Source: a virus
Strand: one strand, 5' to 3'
Length of the DNA stretch: 36,696 bases
IMG/VR virus record: IMGVR_UViG_3300045988_172914
Span: 1-36,696 of that record
The translations under genes were made by a program, and so were the position numbers. Shown here one piece after another: positions 10,185 through 19,251 of this stretch (positions are counted from its first letter, which is position 1; every line of letters starts with the position of its first letter). The notes beneath the pieces were generated by a model. The model was not told where the DNA came from, searched no databases, and saw only the letters and a program-made list of their open reading frames with translations.

Positions 10185-11282
10185 ATGGCATTTTCCGAGA
10201 GGGTCACCTCCGTCACCTACGACAAGATTATTCCGAAAGTTGTTGATGGCGTTAACAACAGCAACATATTCACCGCTCGAACTGCGGCTATGGCGAAACG
10301 GTGGCACGGCGCATCGATTAAACAGCCGATCCGAATCGCTAACTCAACCTCCGGGGGGTCGTTTTCCGGCATGGACACTTTTAATGTGTCCCAGACCGAC
10401 AACACCCGGTCGATGACTTGGTATCCAAAGTCTTACGCCCAATCAGTCGTTGTGTCCGGTATTGAGCGGGCGGTAAACAGCGGATCGGACGCTCAAGCGA
10501 TCAGACTGCTTGGCAACTTGATGGACGAGGCAAAGACATCGATGGCTGAGGGCGTCGGTACAGCCTTGTACGGCGACGGCACCGGTAATTCAGGTAAGGA
10601 TTTTGACGGGCTGAAGTTAATCGTCGACGACGGCACCGGATCGGCCAGCTACGCAGGTTTGACCCGTGCCACTTATCCGGCCACCAAGGGCAACGTGATC
10701 GCAGCCACCGGCGGTACACTTTCTCTTGATCTGATCACGGGAGCCTTCGACGTGGCTAGCGCTGCCGGCTCGGGCCAAGAGTCGCCCAACATCATCTATA
10801 CCACCAAGGCGGCTTGGAGCTTGGTCGAGAAGCTGATGATCGCAGCTAGCGCTATTCAAGCGCAGTACACTGCAACTGCCATTCAGGGCTACAACCGAGT
10901 GAGTGGCAAGACTCCGACTGGGACTTCAGTATCAGCAAGCGAGATCAAGGGCGTGATCGGATTCAACGCCATTAACGTGCGTGGCATCCCGTGTGTCGCC
11001 GACGACAAGTGTCCAAGCGGCCACATGTACTTCCTGAACGAACACTATCTCGAGTTCGACTCGTTGCAAGATCCGGAACTGCGACAGGTTAAGTCGTCTC
11101 TCGAGGTTACAGACGGAGCCTACTCCGATAACTCCAGCCAGGTGCCATCGTTTATCCAGATGCGAGAGTTCCTGAAGCCTACTAATCAGTACGGCGAAAT
11201 CGGCGCCCTATTCGTCCTTGGCAATCTAATTTGTCGACAGCCTCGACGCAACTCTGTTATCACCGGCATAACTAAGGTATAA
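10185..11282 (+). CDS. Putative major capsid protein, 365 aa (T7-like/HK97-fold by size and N-terminal pattern)
   Basis: Last gene of the structural operon, own upstream AT-rich region, followed by a strong bidirectional terminator; size typical of an MCP. Confidence 0.5.
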   Translation: MAFSERVTSVTYDKIIPKVVDGVNNSNIFTARTAAMAKRWHGASIKQPIRIANSTSGGSFSGMDTFNVSQTDNTRSMTWYPKSYAQSVVVSGIERAVNSGSDAQAIRLLGNLMDEAKTSMAEGVGTALYGDGTGNSGKDFDGLKLIVDDGTGSASYAGLTRATYPATKGNVIAATGGTLSLDLITGAFDVASAAGSGQESPNIIYTTKAAWSLVEKLMIAASAIQAQYTATAIQGYNRVSGKTPTGTSVSASEIKGVIGFNAINVRGIPCVADDKCPSGHMYFLNEHYLEFDSLQDPELRQVKSSLEVTDGAYSDNSSQVPSFIQMREFLKPTNQYGEIGALFVLGNLICRQPRRNSVITGITKV

Positions 11283-11360
11283 TAGAAGCGTGAGAGATAA
11301 TGATGCCTTCTCTTTAATGAGTTATGTTACCTCCTAAGTAATAGTGTCATTATCGAACAC

Positions 11361-11389
11361 AAAAAGACCCCTGCGGAGGGGGCTTTTTT
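11361..11389. terminator. Bidirectional rho-independent terminator between the convergent + and - operons (aaaaag-CCCCT-gcgg-AGGGG-cttttttag)
   Basis: GC hairpin flanked by an A-tract and a T-tract. Confidence 0.7.
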
Positions 11390-11446
11390 AGTTACATCAA
11401 TGGTAGACAATATTGTGCGACATTAGAAATGTCTGGTGAGAGATAA

Positions 11447-11881
11447 CTATTTAGCCGTCTTAATTTGGTCGATGACTCGCCTTGTTTCCCGACTGGCCAT
11501 TGAGTCGCCAATATAAAAAGCAATCCCACCTATAATCGCCGCTGCGACAAGCCCGACGATAATCATCGCCGTGTAGTCCATAGCCTTCTCCTTGACTCGC
11601 CCCAGCAATCCAGCTCGACGCCGTTGACTCTCTTCGTCTCGGGCTCTAATCCAGGCATCGTGTCGGTTGGACAGCCCCTCCACCGCGTCGAGGCGGTCGA
11701 TTACCAGCTCAATGTCGTGGCGTGTAGCCATCTGATTGAGTCCATCCTCGATATTTGCGATACGATTATCAATGAGGTTTATCTTCGAAACTAAAACGGT
11801 CAACAATTCGCTGTTGTCTAAGCTATCTAACTCTACCTTTCCGTCACTAGTAATTCTCGGCGTTACACTCATATCAACCAT
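11447..11881 (-). CDS. Coiled-coil protein with C-terminal transmembrane helix, 144 aa (XhlA-like architecture?)
   Basis: Heptad-rich N-terminal region; TM segment MIIVGLVAAAIIGGIAFYIG. Confidence 0.4.
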   Translation of the reverse strand: MVDMSVTPRITSDGKVELDSLDNSELLTVLVSKINLIDNRIANIEDGLNQMATRHDIELVIDRLDAVEGLSNRHDAWIRARDEESQRRRAGLLGRVKEKAMDYTAMIIVGLVAAAIIGGIAFYIGDSMASRETRRVIDQIKTAK

Positions 11882-11882
11882 A

Positions 11883-12179
11883 TTATACCCTATGACATCG
11901 GCTATTTGCGGGGCGGCCGGTCTTTATCTTATCGTCCCGCTCCTCAATCATGCCGTAGCGCTTTGCGTCAGCCGGGCGGTGCTTGATAAAGTCCGGATTG
12001 ACGGCGCCGGTCGGCAGGTACGGCTGGATAAGGTCTCTGGCGTGTTTGAAATACTGTCGACGTAACTGGCCGTTATGGGATATCTCCCTGACGTCAACAG
12101 ACGGGCGCTTATCGTTTGACAGGCCATCTACCGACACCAAGCGCCCATTGACAATGGCCATGATTGGCTCAGTTGCCAC
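11883..12179 (-). CDS. Hypothetical protein, 98 aa
   Basis: ORF packed 1 nt from the downstream gene. Confidence 0.35.
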   Translation of the reverse strand: MATEPIMAIVNGRLVSVDGLSNDKRPSVDVREISHNGQLRRQYFKHARDLIQPYLPTGAVNPDFIKHRPADAKRYGMIEERDDKIKTGRPANSRCHRV

Positions 12180-12242
12180 GGCGAGTTTTTCTCCCGTACC
12201 ACAAAGTTCTGATTAGTGCCATAACAAAGATCTTAAGATAAA

Positions 12243-13676
12243 TCATCGCTCTTCAGCCTCCTCGTTGGCGAACGGCAGCGCCAACTCGATCGAGACAAGC
12301 TGCTTAATTGCGCTATGAGCATTGACGATCGCCCGCTCTATTGCATAGGCACTATCGACAACTCCGTCCGCCAGGCTAAGTTTGCCTGGCGACAACAAGT
12401 CATACGATGCGTCGGCTAGATACTTATAGTCGACCAGCTCAGTCGAAATGTCTTTCATAGCAGCGCCCCCGCCAACGATAACGCCGTGCGTTGAGGCCGT
12501 TTCAACGGCGCAAACGCCGTCATCGACCCTCAGCCTCAGTTCTCGTCGCTCAGCTTCGGTTGGTGCGCCGACCTCAATTTTGGCAGTCACCCCAAGCAAA
12601 CGCTTACGTCTAGCTTCGTCGGTTACGCTCTCGGCGTAGTTGGCCAGGTCGGGGTTGTGACTACCGTTTAGGGTGGCGCTGCGCACTGTAATGTGAGCTT
12701 CGTCGACCGATCCGACGTATTCATTTATGTCGAAATTAGCCACGTCGCCGCTGAATACACGAGTGTCGGAATACACGGCGATGTCGTTTAGAAACTCATC
12801 ACGGCCAATCGCCGGCGGAGCTATCACCGCTATACGCAATTTACCGCTAATCTTGTTTGCAATTACTGACTCCAAGGCCTCGCCTCGCACGTCGCCAATC
12901 AATACGATTGGCGCATGGCTGCTTTTTGCGACAATAGACAAGATAGGCATAATATCGTCGTTCTTAGCACACGGCTTGGCCATAACGATCACCGCCGGGT
13001 TTCTAAAATCGGACTTAAGAGACTGCATGTCATCGGCTAGCGCCACTACACTAAATCCATTATCGTAGCTAAAGCCGTCTACTCGAGATAGCACTGTGTT
13101 TTCATCTGTTGTCTCGACTACGACGATGGATCCATTGTCTCCGGCGATTTTCTTTGCCTCAAAAATGATTTGTGCCAGAGGCCCGCTCCCAGTGGCCGTC
13201 TCGGCAACGTTTAAGAGAACCCCTTCATCTTCAGGTCTCAGTTCGGTCTCTATCTTTCTTAGCCTTGAGACGATCCTGTCGGTCGCTATATCAATAGCAG
13301 ATTGAACCTCTCTTATTGAGCGTCCTCCAGCAATCTTCTTAGACCAATAATCGTAGCCAAAGCAAGTCAGTAGCACTGAAAATGTAGTAGCGTCACCCGC
13401 TTCTTGATCGGTTTTGTCCGACGCCTGACGGACGATCGAAATAGCCGCACTTTCGACTGGATCGGATACTATGAGGTTGGCCACATTTGTTATGCCGTCG
13501 TGAGAGATCACCGGCTCGCCGTATCTATTCTCAATCAGAACGTTTCCAGATCGATTACCATACGAACTCTTAGCCACATCTCTAATACTTTCAATTCCGG
13601 CATTTATTCTATCTCGCAGTGCACTGCCTCGCACAATGCTCCGCACTAAATCCGCTCGTTTCATTTTATGCCTCAA
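12243..13676 (-). CDS. groEL: GroEL-like chaperonin (Cpn60), 477 aa
   Basis: Alignable to E. coli GroEL over the full length. [10 protein letters not shown] matches [31 protein letters not shown] matches [29 protein letters not shown] matches VVAGGGVAL. Confidence 0.85.
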   Translation of the reverse strand: [477 protein letters not shown]

Positions 13677-13972
13677 TCTCCTTTCTGCTCAATCGAGTTT
13701 AATGCTGCCATTCCCGCTATCTTGTCATTAGGAATAATAGTGTATGTTCCGCCACGATGTCGAATGTCACCTGCATCACTATAGGGAACGAAGAATACCT
13801 CAGCCCCACCGTGAATACGCACGAACTCTTTTAGGATAGGCTCAGTTGTCTCTACGACCACGCCGTGGTTCAAATCTCTCCTCGTAGAAACAGATAACAA
13901 TGGACGCTCGTCTCGTCCGCCGATGTCCAACAGAGTAAACCCCTCCGCAGGACGAATAGCGCTTCCGCTCAT
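13673..13972 (-). CDS. groES: GroES-like co-chaperonin (Cpn10), 99 aa; translationally coupled (ATGA overlap) to the GroEL-like gene
   Basis: N-terminal IRP motif; GVVV / G..V.F / GG.Y.I..D.I pattern of Cpn10; immediately upstream of the cpn60 homologue. Confidence 0.6.
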   Translation of the reverse strand: MSGSAIRPAEGFTLLDIGGRDERPLLSVSTRRDLNHGVVVETTEPILKEFVRIHGGAEVFFVPYSDAGDIRHRGGTYTIIPNDKIAGMAALNSIEQKGD

Positions 13973-14054
13973 TTACACTCTCTCCTTTCATCTTTCAACA
14001 AACATTCTATCCTCTGACCTATGCTGGTTGCAATACCCCCCATTCTTCTCCTCT

Positions 14055-14339
14055 CTACTCTGAGTTTAACAACTCAAATCCACTATTACTACAACCACAG
14101 CAGTCTTTGTCCCAGTTCACGACCCCGTAATGCCAATATCCATCCCCATCCTCACACGCAATTAGACTATCGCTAGCGTATTCACCAGGCTCAGTAATAC
14201 AAATTACTTTCCGTAAACCATCTACACTACCAAGAATACTATCATGCAACAGAGACTCCTGTGTAATCGTCAACTGACTGCCGAAGACATGCCATTGTTT
14301 AACATTATTTAGCGTTGTTTTGTGACCCCCCTCACTCAT
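14055..14339 (-). CDS. Hypothetical protein, ~95 aa (alt start 14360; the track ORF extends to 14459)
   Basis: Start chosen to avoid overlap with 14344..14559. Confidence 0.35.
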   Translation of the reverse strand: MSEGGHKTTLNNVKQWHVFGSQLTITQESLLHDSILGSVDGLRKVICITEPGEYASDSLIACEDGDGYWHYGVVNWDKDCCGCSNSGFELLNSE

Positions 14340-14343
14340 TGCG

Positions 14344-14559
14344 TTATTTATCCGTTTCATCTTGGCTACGGCGGTGATTAGCCAGATAGTTCTTGTAGCA
14401 CTCTCTATTACAAAACGTCTTGCCGTTCGCAAATATAACGCTACCACCGACGAATTCACGCTCAGCAGCTAGTGCCTCTTTTACCGATGAACGCTCCCAG
14501 TAGTTCATCACATCGCCACAGTGGTCACATATCAAGCAGTACCATTTCTGTACCATCAA
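14344..14559 (-). CDS. Small zinc-ribbon protein, 71 aa (CxxC...CxxxC)
   Basis: CLICDHCG ... CNRECY cysteine pairs. Confidence 0.45.
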   Translation of the reverse strand: MMVQKWYCLICDHCGDVMNYWERSSVKEALAAEREFVGGSVIFANGKTFCNRECYKNYLANHRRSQDETDK

Positions 14560-14909
14560 GTTGTCTCCTTCTTTCTCTCATCATTTATCTTGACACATTT
14601 ACTCATTACTTCTAAATACTCGCTTGGCTTATCCATAATCCTACCGTACACGCCAGTCCTCAGCATTATCCTAACTAATACGTCACCTAGCTTATTTATC
14701 GTCTTGGTGTGACCGACAGCAAATGACTTACACACCTCATCGGATATGTCTAAATACGCTCCACCGGCATTGTCTAAATCTGTAGGGTCTAGTCCTGCAT
14801 CAATGATAACGTGAGCCATTCTGGCGTATATCTTGAGCATCCTAGCGTTGTCTAGCCAGACACATATTTCGCCAAGTAGGTCTTTAGCTTGCTCGTTTAG
14901 GTTCGGCAT
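14556..14909 (-). CDS. Hypothetical early protein, 117 aa
   Basis: ORF with ATGA-type coupling to the downstream gene. Confidence 0.4.
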   Translation of the reverse strand: MPNLNEQAKDLLGEICVWLDNARMLKIYARMAHVIIDAGLDPTDLDNAGGAYLDISDEVCKSFAVGHTKTINKLGDVLVRIMLRTGVYGRIMDKPSEYLEVMSKCVKINDERKKETT

Positions 14910-15129
14910 TCTTCTCTAACTCCTTATGATATCGGTTTAAGTCGTCAACGTCGTTACGCACTCTGTCAATTGACCGCTTTAATATGTCGATAGTCCGATA
15001 TAGTCTTTCCACATCGATACAATCACCTGACTCCTTAACTATGTCTTCTATCGTGTCGGCACATGTATGTAGAAAGTCCACCTCTTCATTCAGGTTGAGA
15101 CGCATTTTGTGCGCACGCTCGTCACACAT
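14884..15129 (-). CDS. Hypothetical early protein, 81 aa
   Basis: ORF directly downstream of pnk. Confidence 0.35.
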   Translation of the reverse strand: MCDERAHKMRLNLNEEVDFLHTCADTIEDIVKESGDCIDVERLYRTIDILKRSIDRVRNDVDDLNRYHKELEKNAEPKRAS

Positions 15130-15130
15130 A

Positions 15131-15973
15131 CTAAAAATCTCCTTCCGCTACTTGCAAGCATTTTAATCCTAATTGACGCCACATATCAACTACCTTGTTT
15201 CGGTCATCCAAGACAAATCTGACGTTATAGTTTTCTCTGATATTCTCGTTAAATATCTCCTCTTTGACCACTTCGTCGGGTCGATTGTCTCCCTCCTTTC
15301 GCGTAATCAACTTGGTGTAACAGATACCATTCTTAGCTAGCCAATCTTGAGTTTCCTTGTGACAGCTTGCGTCTCTGCCCGATACCAAAATGACGCTAAC
15401 GCTTCTAAATAAGATGCTGGTGAGCCAAGCAATGGGTATATCCACCTTGTCATTGCCCACTTTGCTCCAGTCGTATGGCGACCTGTCGTGCATGTGCGCC
15501 AGTGTGCCATCGATATCACAAACGATAGCGGGCTGTAGCATCGGGTCAGGCGTGTATTTAGCAGGTGCGGGTTTAAGGTACTGATTGTACATCTTTCGTA
15601 TCACCGTCTCACCGACGCCGTTAGGGCGGGCATTGTCACGCTTAATGCATTCCTCTAATGGTGTATCAAACTCCTTTATCTCAAAGTCGGCGTTATGGCT
15701 TTCAGCCAGCCCCTTAAAGTATCGTTCGTGAGTTGGGTTCAGATTAGTATCGTCCACTACCACGTTCTTTTTTCGATCTAGCGATAATTCGACAAGCAGT
15801 CGCTCACACGCAACTGTCTTCTTTTCACGGCTGGATGACCACTTACCGCCATTTAGCATGTTTCGTAAATCATCCTTATTTACCCGTACCCAATTGCCGT
15901 CATTTCTGACAAGCTCCTTGGCAAAGGTGGTTTTACCTGAGGCTGGTAGCCCCTTCAGTAGCAAGAGTTTCAT
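15131..15973 (-). CDS. pnk: Polynucleotide 5'-kinase/3'-phosphatase (T4 Pnk-like), 280 aa
   Basis: N-terminal P-loop GLPASGKTT as in T4 Pnk; C-terminal HAD phosphatase motif CDIDGT; same domain order as T4 Pnk. Confidence 0.85.
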   Translation of the reverse strand: MKLLLLKGLPASGKTTFAKELVRNDGNWVRVNKDDLRNMLNGGKWSSSREKKTVACERLLVELSLDRKKNVVVDDTNLNPTHERYFKGLAESHNADFEIKEFDTPLEECIKRDNARPNGVGETVIRKMYNQYLKPAPAKYTPDPMLQPAIVCDIDGTLAHMHDRSPYDWSKVGNDKVDIPIAWLTSILFRSVSVILVSGRDASCHKETQDWLAKNGICYTKLITRKEGDNRPDEVVKEEIFNENIRENYNVRFVLDDRNKVVDMWRQLGLKCLQVAEGDF

Positions 15974-16995
15974 TTCACTCCCCCTTTCGGTTTAATCGCT
16001 TGCCACATCATATGAGAGACGTCTTTACCTGAACGATAAGCTAAAACGTAACTCTTATGGTTTCTAACAAATGGGTTCGGGCAGGTAACCACCTCCTTGT
16101 TAGTCATATCCTTACAATAGAGGATAGCCATGCTCACATCAGCTGACAGTTCGTTATACTTATTCTTCAGACTATTTTCCGTTCTATTCAGCCAGTTGAT
16201 GAACTCTTCAGGCATGCTGAGACGGTCGGTCTTGCGCCCACTAGACAAGTCCTCCCAGACACGCTTAGCGGTGTAGTTAGTGACGACACGATGTAGTCTG
16301 ATGTATTCATCCGTCTTATACTTCAGCCGATAAACACCATAATTGACCACCACGCCTTCATGTAAGCCTTTCCTGTTTATGGTGTTAATATCGTTGAGCA
16401 CGCCGCTTGAATACTTAGCCGGCCGTCTGAACGGGCTATCTTCAGGCTCAATCTCAAGTCCAGTTTCGTTATCGATGATACATAACAACACCAAATCGGT
16501 GTCTGCGTAGTTGATAACAATCTTATTCCGAGGTGAGATTAGCTCAAAGTGATATGTTAGCCCTGGCGTAAAATTAAACGACTTGTATTTATCGTCCAGC
16601 AACTGCTTTGCCATCTTAGCTTGGTCGCTCTGAAAACTACCTTTAGAGGTAATTACCAAACCATATTCAGGGTCATTGGTCACTTTAATCAGTGAGCCGT
16701 CCAGCTTTTCAGTGACTTCGTTACGACCTGGGCTAACACGGTATAATTCTCTCACTCTAATGCCGTCAGGCTCATCGTGATTGAAAAACTTGGGCAAGCA
16801 CCGTTGGATAAGTCTACTTTTATCGTCATAAACGATACCCCTAGCATTTAGAGTGACATAGTTCCATAATCGCTCTTTCTGAGTGAATATCGTATAAACA
16901 TAGATATTCAGCCCACGCTCTTTGTCTGTACGCTTGTCGACCAGTCCAACTTTCTTATAACGGTCAAGTACTTCTTTAGTCGGTATCTCGTTCAT
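15970..16995 (-). CDS. ATP-dependent RNA ligase (T4 Rnl1-like), 341 aa
   Basis: Nucleotidyltransferase motif I EKLDGSL (K-x-D-G); size and position next to pnk as in the T4 tRNA-repair pair. Confidence 0.7.
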   Translation of the reverse strand: MNEIPTKEVLDRYKKVGLVDKRTDKERGLNIYVYTIFTQKERLWNYVTLNARGIVYDDKSRLIQRCLPKFFNHDEPDGIRVRELYRVSPGRNEVTEKLDGSLIKVTNDPEYGLVITSKGSFQSDQAKMAKQLLDDKYKSFNFTPGLTYHFELISPRNKIVINYADTDLVLLCIIDNETGLEIEPEDSPFRRPAKYSSGVLNDINTINRKGLHEGVVVNYGVYRLKYKTDEYIRLHRVVTNYTAKRVWEDLSSGRKTDRLSMPEEFINWLNRTENSLKNKYNELSADVSMAILYCKDMTNKEVVTCPNPFVRNHKSYVLAYRSGKDVSHMMWQAIKPKGGVK

Positions 16996-17473
16996 GATAT
17001 TTTACACTCCAAACAGCTTCTGCTATATAAAAACACTTATTAAGATGCGACGATATTTTACACCTCACATCGCCTCCTCTAGCGAGCACCTCGTCGAGAC
17101 ACTTCTTGTGTCCCGCCCAATCCGCCATGTTAATTCGCCCATCGCCACCCTCGATAATTGCACGCATAATGTTTACATGAACCTTTTTTATGGCCTCTCT
17201 GTCGAAGGAAACGGTAGACACCTTTGTCGTTTCTTTTAGGGCTGACACTAGTGCCATAATAAGTGCTACACTGAACTCATGTTCATCATCATACTGACCT
17301 GGCTTAAAGCTCACTCGCTCTCCACTCCGCTTCCTGTCAGACAGCTCGTTGCACAGATTGTTAAAGTGGTACATGTTTAGCTCGTATTTAGGCGAGTAAT
17401 TACTGCAAATGTCGCCATAGGGTGCTCTTTCCTTTACGTAGAACCCCTTAGCCCCAGTCGAATGTATTATCAT
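16976..17473 (-). CDS. Hypothetical protein, 165 aa
   Basis: ORF upstream of and co-directional with rnl. Confidence 0.4.
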   Translation of the reverse strand: MIIHSTGAKGFYVKERAPYGDICSNYSPKYELNMYHFNNLCNELSDRKRSGERVSFKPGQYDDEHEFSVALIMALVSALKETTKVSTVSFDREAIKKVHVNIMRAIIEGGDGRINMADWAGHKKCLDEVLARGGDVRCKISSHLNKCFYIAEAVWSVKYHERDTD

Positions 17474-17734
17474 TTAACGACTCTCCCTCAAGCTCTCCTT
17501 CAGCTTCTTAATAGTTGTCGGTTCACCCGCGTTATAACACTGGTGATTGACCGACCACTTGCCACCTAGGCTTTCACATCTGGCTTGGTTTTCGTCGGGC
17601 AGGGTAGCACTATGAATAACAGTCCTTCCAACACACGCTACAAGCGCAACAATGCACGCAACCATGATCAGACAGATAGCTAGTGCCCACACAAAATCAC
17701 TCAAGCTATAAAGCTTTCCACCGTATTTAATCAT
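17474..17734 (-). CDS. Small membrane protein, 86 aa
   Basis: TM helix VWALAICLIMVACIVALVACV. Confidence 0.4.
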   Translation of the reverse strand: MIKYGGKLYSLSDFVWALAICLIMVACIVALVACVGRTVIHSATLPDENQARCESLGGKWSVNHQCYNAGEPTTIKKLKESLRESR

Positions 17735-17767
17735 TACTCCTTCTCTCCCTTCTTCTTACTTAAGTCT

Positions 17768-17938
17768 TTACATTGAGCACAACAACCGTCTATCTTCTTT
17801 TGTCTCTCTCTTAACGCATCGTCGGTTATGAAGAAAGGCATAGGCAACTAGCCCGTAAATGAGTCCCAATGCAAGCGTAATCATACAGGCATTACCCATG
17901 AACTCCATGAGGTCAAATTGTCTTTTAGTCTTGGTCAT
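17768..17938 (-). CDS. Unannotated 56-aa membrane miniprotein (MTKTKRQFDLMEFMGNACMITLALGLIYGLVAYAFLHNRRCVKRETKEDRRLLCSM)
   Basis: Found by hand translation, below the track's 60-aa cutoff. Its ATG overlaps the TGA of the methyltransferase gene (ATGA). It has one TM helix. Confidence 0.4.
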   Translation of the reverse strand: MTKTKRQFDLMEFMGNACMITLALGLIYGLVAYAFLHNRRCVKRETKEDRRLLCSM

Positions 17939-18420
17939 CGCTTTTCTCCTTTCTTAATAAAAAACAACCATCGCTTCTTGCCCTGTTTATCGCCGAAGGC
18001 TGGGCTATAGGGCAATACCCTTAGAAGTTCAGACGTCGATATGTCACCTTCGCTCCATTTCATCGCCACAGCACACCCAGGTTTGACGACTCGCACACAC
18101 TCAGACAGCCCCTTTGCTAAAATCTCTCGCCAATTCGCTTTATCTAGTCGGCCGTATTTCTTAGCCAGCCAGCTTTTCTCGCCGCAACTCATAAGATGAG
18201 GTGGGTCAAAGACGACAAAGTTAAAGCTATTGTCCGAGAAAGTCATTTTGGTAAAGTCAATAGTCATGTCTGGGTCGATGGTCAAGGATCTGGTCTCACC
18301 ACGGTCAGTCATTTCAACAACTGTTCGACGACTATCAGCGTATAAAATATCTGGATGATATTTATCAAAGTAGAACATCTTGCCACCGCAACACGGATCA
18401 AGAATCGACTTTTTACTCAC
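17935..18420 (-). CDS. Small DNA methyltransferase (N6-adenine/N4-cytosine type), 161 aa
   Basis: SAM-binding motif I-like ILDPCCGG near the N-terminus and catalytic motif IV FDPPH. Confidence 0.5.
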   Translation of the reverse strand: MSKKSILDPCCGGKMFYFDKYHPDILYADSRRTVVEMTDRGETRSLTIDPDMTIDFTKMTFSDNSFNFVVFDPPHLMSCGEKSWLAKKYGRLDKANWREILAKGLSECVRVVKPGCAVAMKWSEGDISTSELLRVLPYSPAFGDKQGKKRWLFFIKKGEKR

Positions 18421-18647
18421 TCCCCTCCTTTCTCGCTCGGCGCAGTCTCATCGACGTATCGCCATAAGTCTTTATACATATCTCTAGTGGCAATTACATA
18501 ACTTTCCAGCTTCTCGGCGATATCGGTGACTGCGCCCTCACTTAAGCCACCGTTATGCAATACTCCCATAAGCGTAAAGATACCCTCCATACCTAAGTCG
18601 AAGTTTTGCTTCGACTCTAGAAGTTTTTCATGTGCCAGCTTACTCAT
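18417..18647 (-). CDS. Small acidic protein, 76 aa
   Basis: ORF with ATGA coupling to the methyltransferase gene. Confidence 0.4.
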   Translation of the reverse strand: MSKLAHEKLLESKQNFDLGMEGIFTLMGVLHNGGLSEGAVTDIAEKLESYVIATRDMYKDLWRYVDETAPSEKGGE

Positions 18648-18667
18648 TATTACCTCCTTAAGTTAAA

Positions 18668-18952
18668 TTACTTTTTCTCATACTCGTCTCGCATAAAGTT
18701 TTCAAACTCCAGCGCCCTGATCAAGTCGTCCATATCGTCATGAGGGCGAGTGTCGTCAAAGACCTTATGACGACGCTCAATCTCCCGCTTTGTCCGACGG
18801 GACTTCCCTTTATATCGCTTCAAAGTAAATCTTGAACCGAGATAGCCGACTACCTGTGACAGCCAACTTGGCTTGGGTAGCTTGGCTAACCTTCTTGTCG
18901 CTTTTACTCGTAAGCCCTCCTTTTCAATCATTACTTCGCTCTCTCGACTCAA
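18668..18952 (-). CDS. Small basic protein, 94 aa
   Basis: ORF. Confidence 0.4.
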   Translation of the reverse strand: MSRESEVMIEKEGLRVKATRRLAKLPKPSWLSQVVGYLGSRFTLKRYKGKSRRTKREIERRHKVFDDTRPHDDMDDLIRALEFENFMRDEYEKK

Positions 18953-19241
18953 GGAAATTTTTATACTTGTCGATAGCCTTGCTCAAATCATTAGCAGCCA
19001 TGGACATCGAGCCGATGCTTGTATCTTCCGACTCTGTGCGTATGAGCTCGATTATCATCTCGGCGTGAAGCTTTAGCTCCTCGGCGATAGACAGCAACCC
19101 CTGTTCCAGCCTGCGGTCGAAAGCGGAGTCGCCGTCACACATAGCTAGCAGCATTCCGGCTGCCGCGTAAAGTGCCGTTATTAATCGTTCTTCTCCGACA
19201 CACACAAAGACGCTTCGATCGCCACATTTGCACTTTTTCAT
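18924..19241 (-). CDS. Hypothetical protein, ~106 aa (start MKKCKCG; the track ORF extends to 19367 but would overlap recT)
   Basis: ORF; start chosen 10 nt after the recT stop. Confidence 0.35.
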   Translation of the reverse strand: MKKCKCGDRSVFVCVGEERLITALYAAAGMLLAMCDGDSAFDRRLEQGLLSIAEELKLHAEMIIELIRTESEDTSIGSMSMAANDLSKAIDKYKNFLESRERSND

Positions 19242-19251
19242 ATACCATCCC

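Noticed and set aside
11736-12216. Plus-strand ORFs 11736..12065 and 11983..12216 in the leftward arm, and plus ORFs inside the GroEL-like gene (12448-13649)
   Set aside because: They overlap better-supported minus-strand genes antisense and have low-complexity products.
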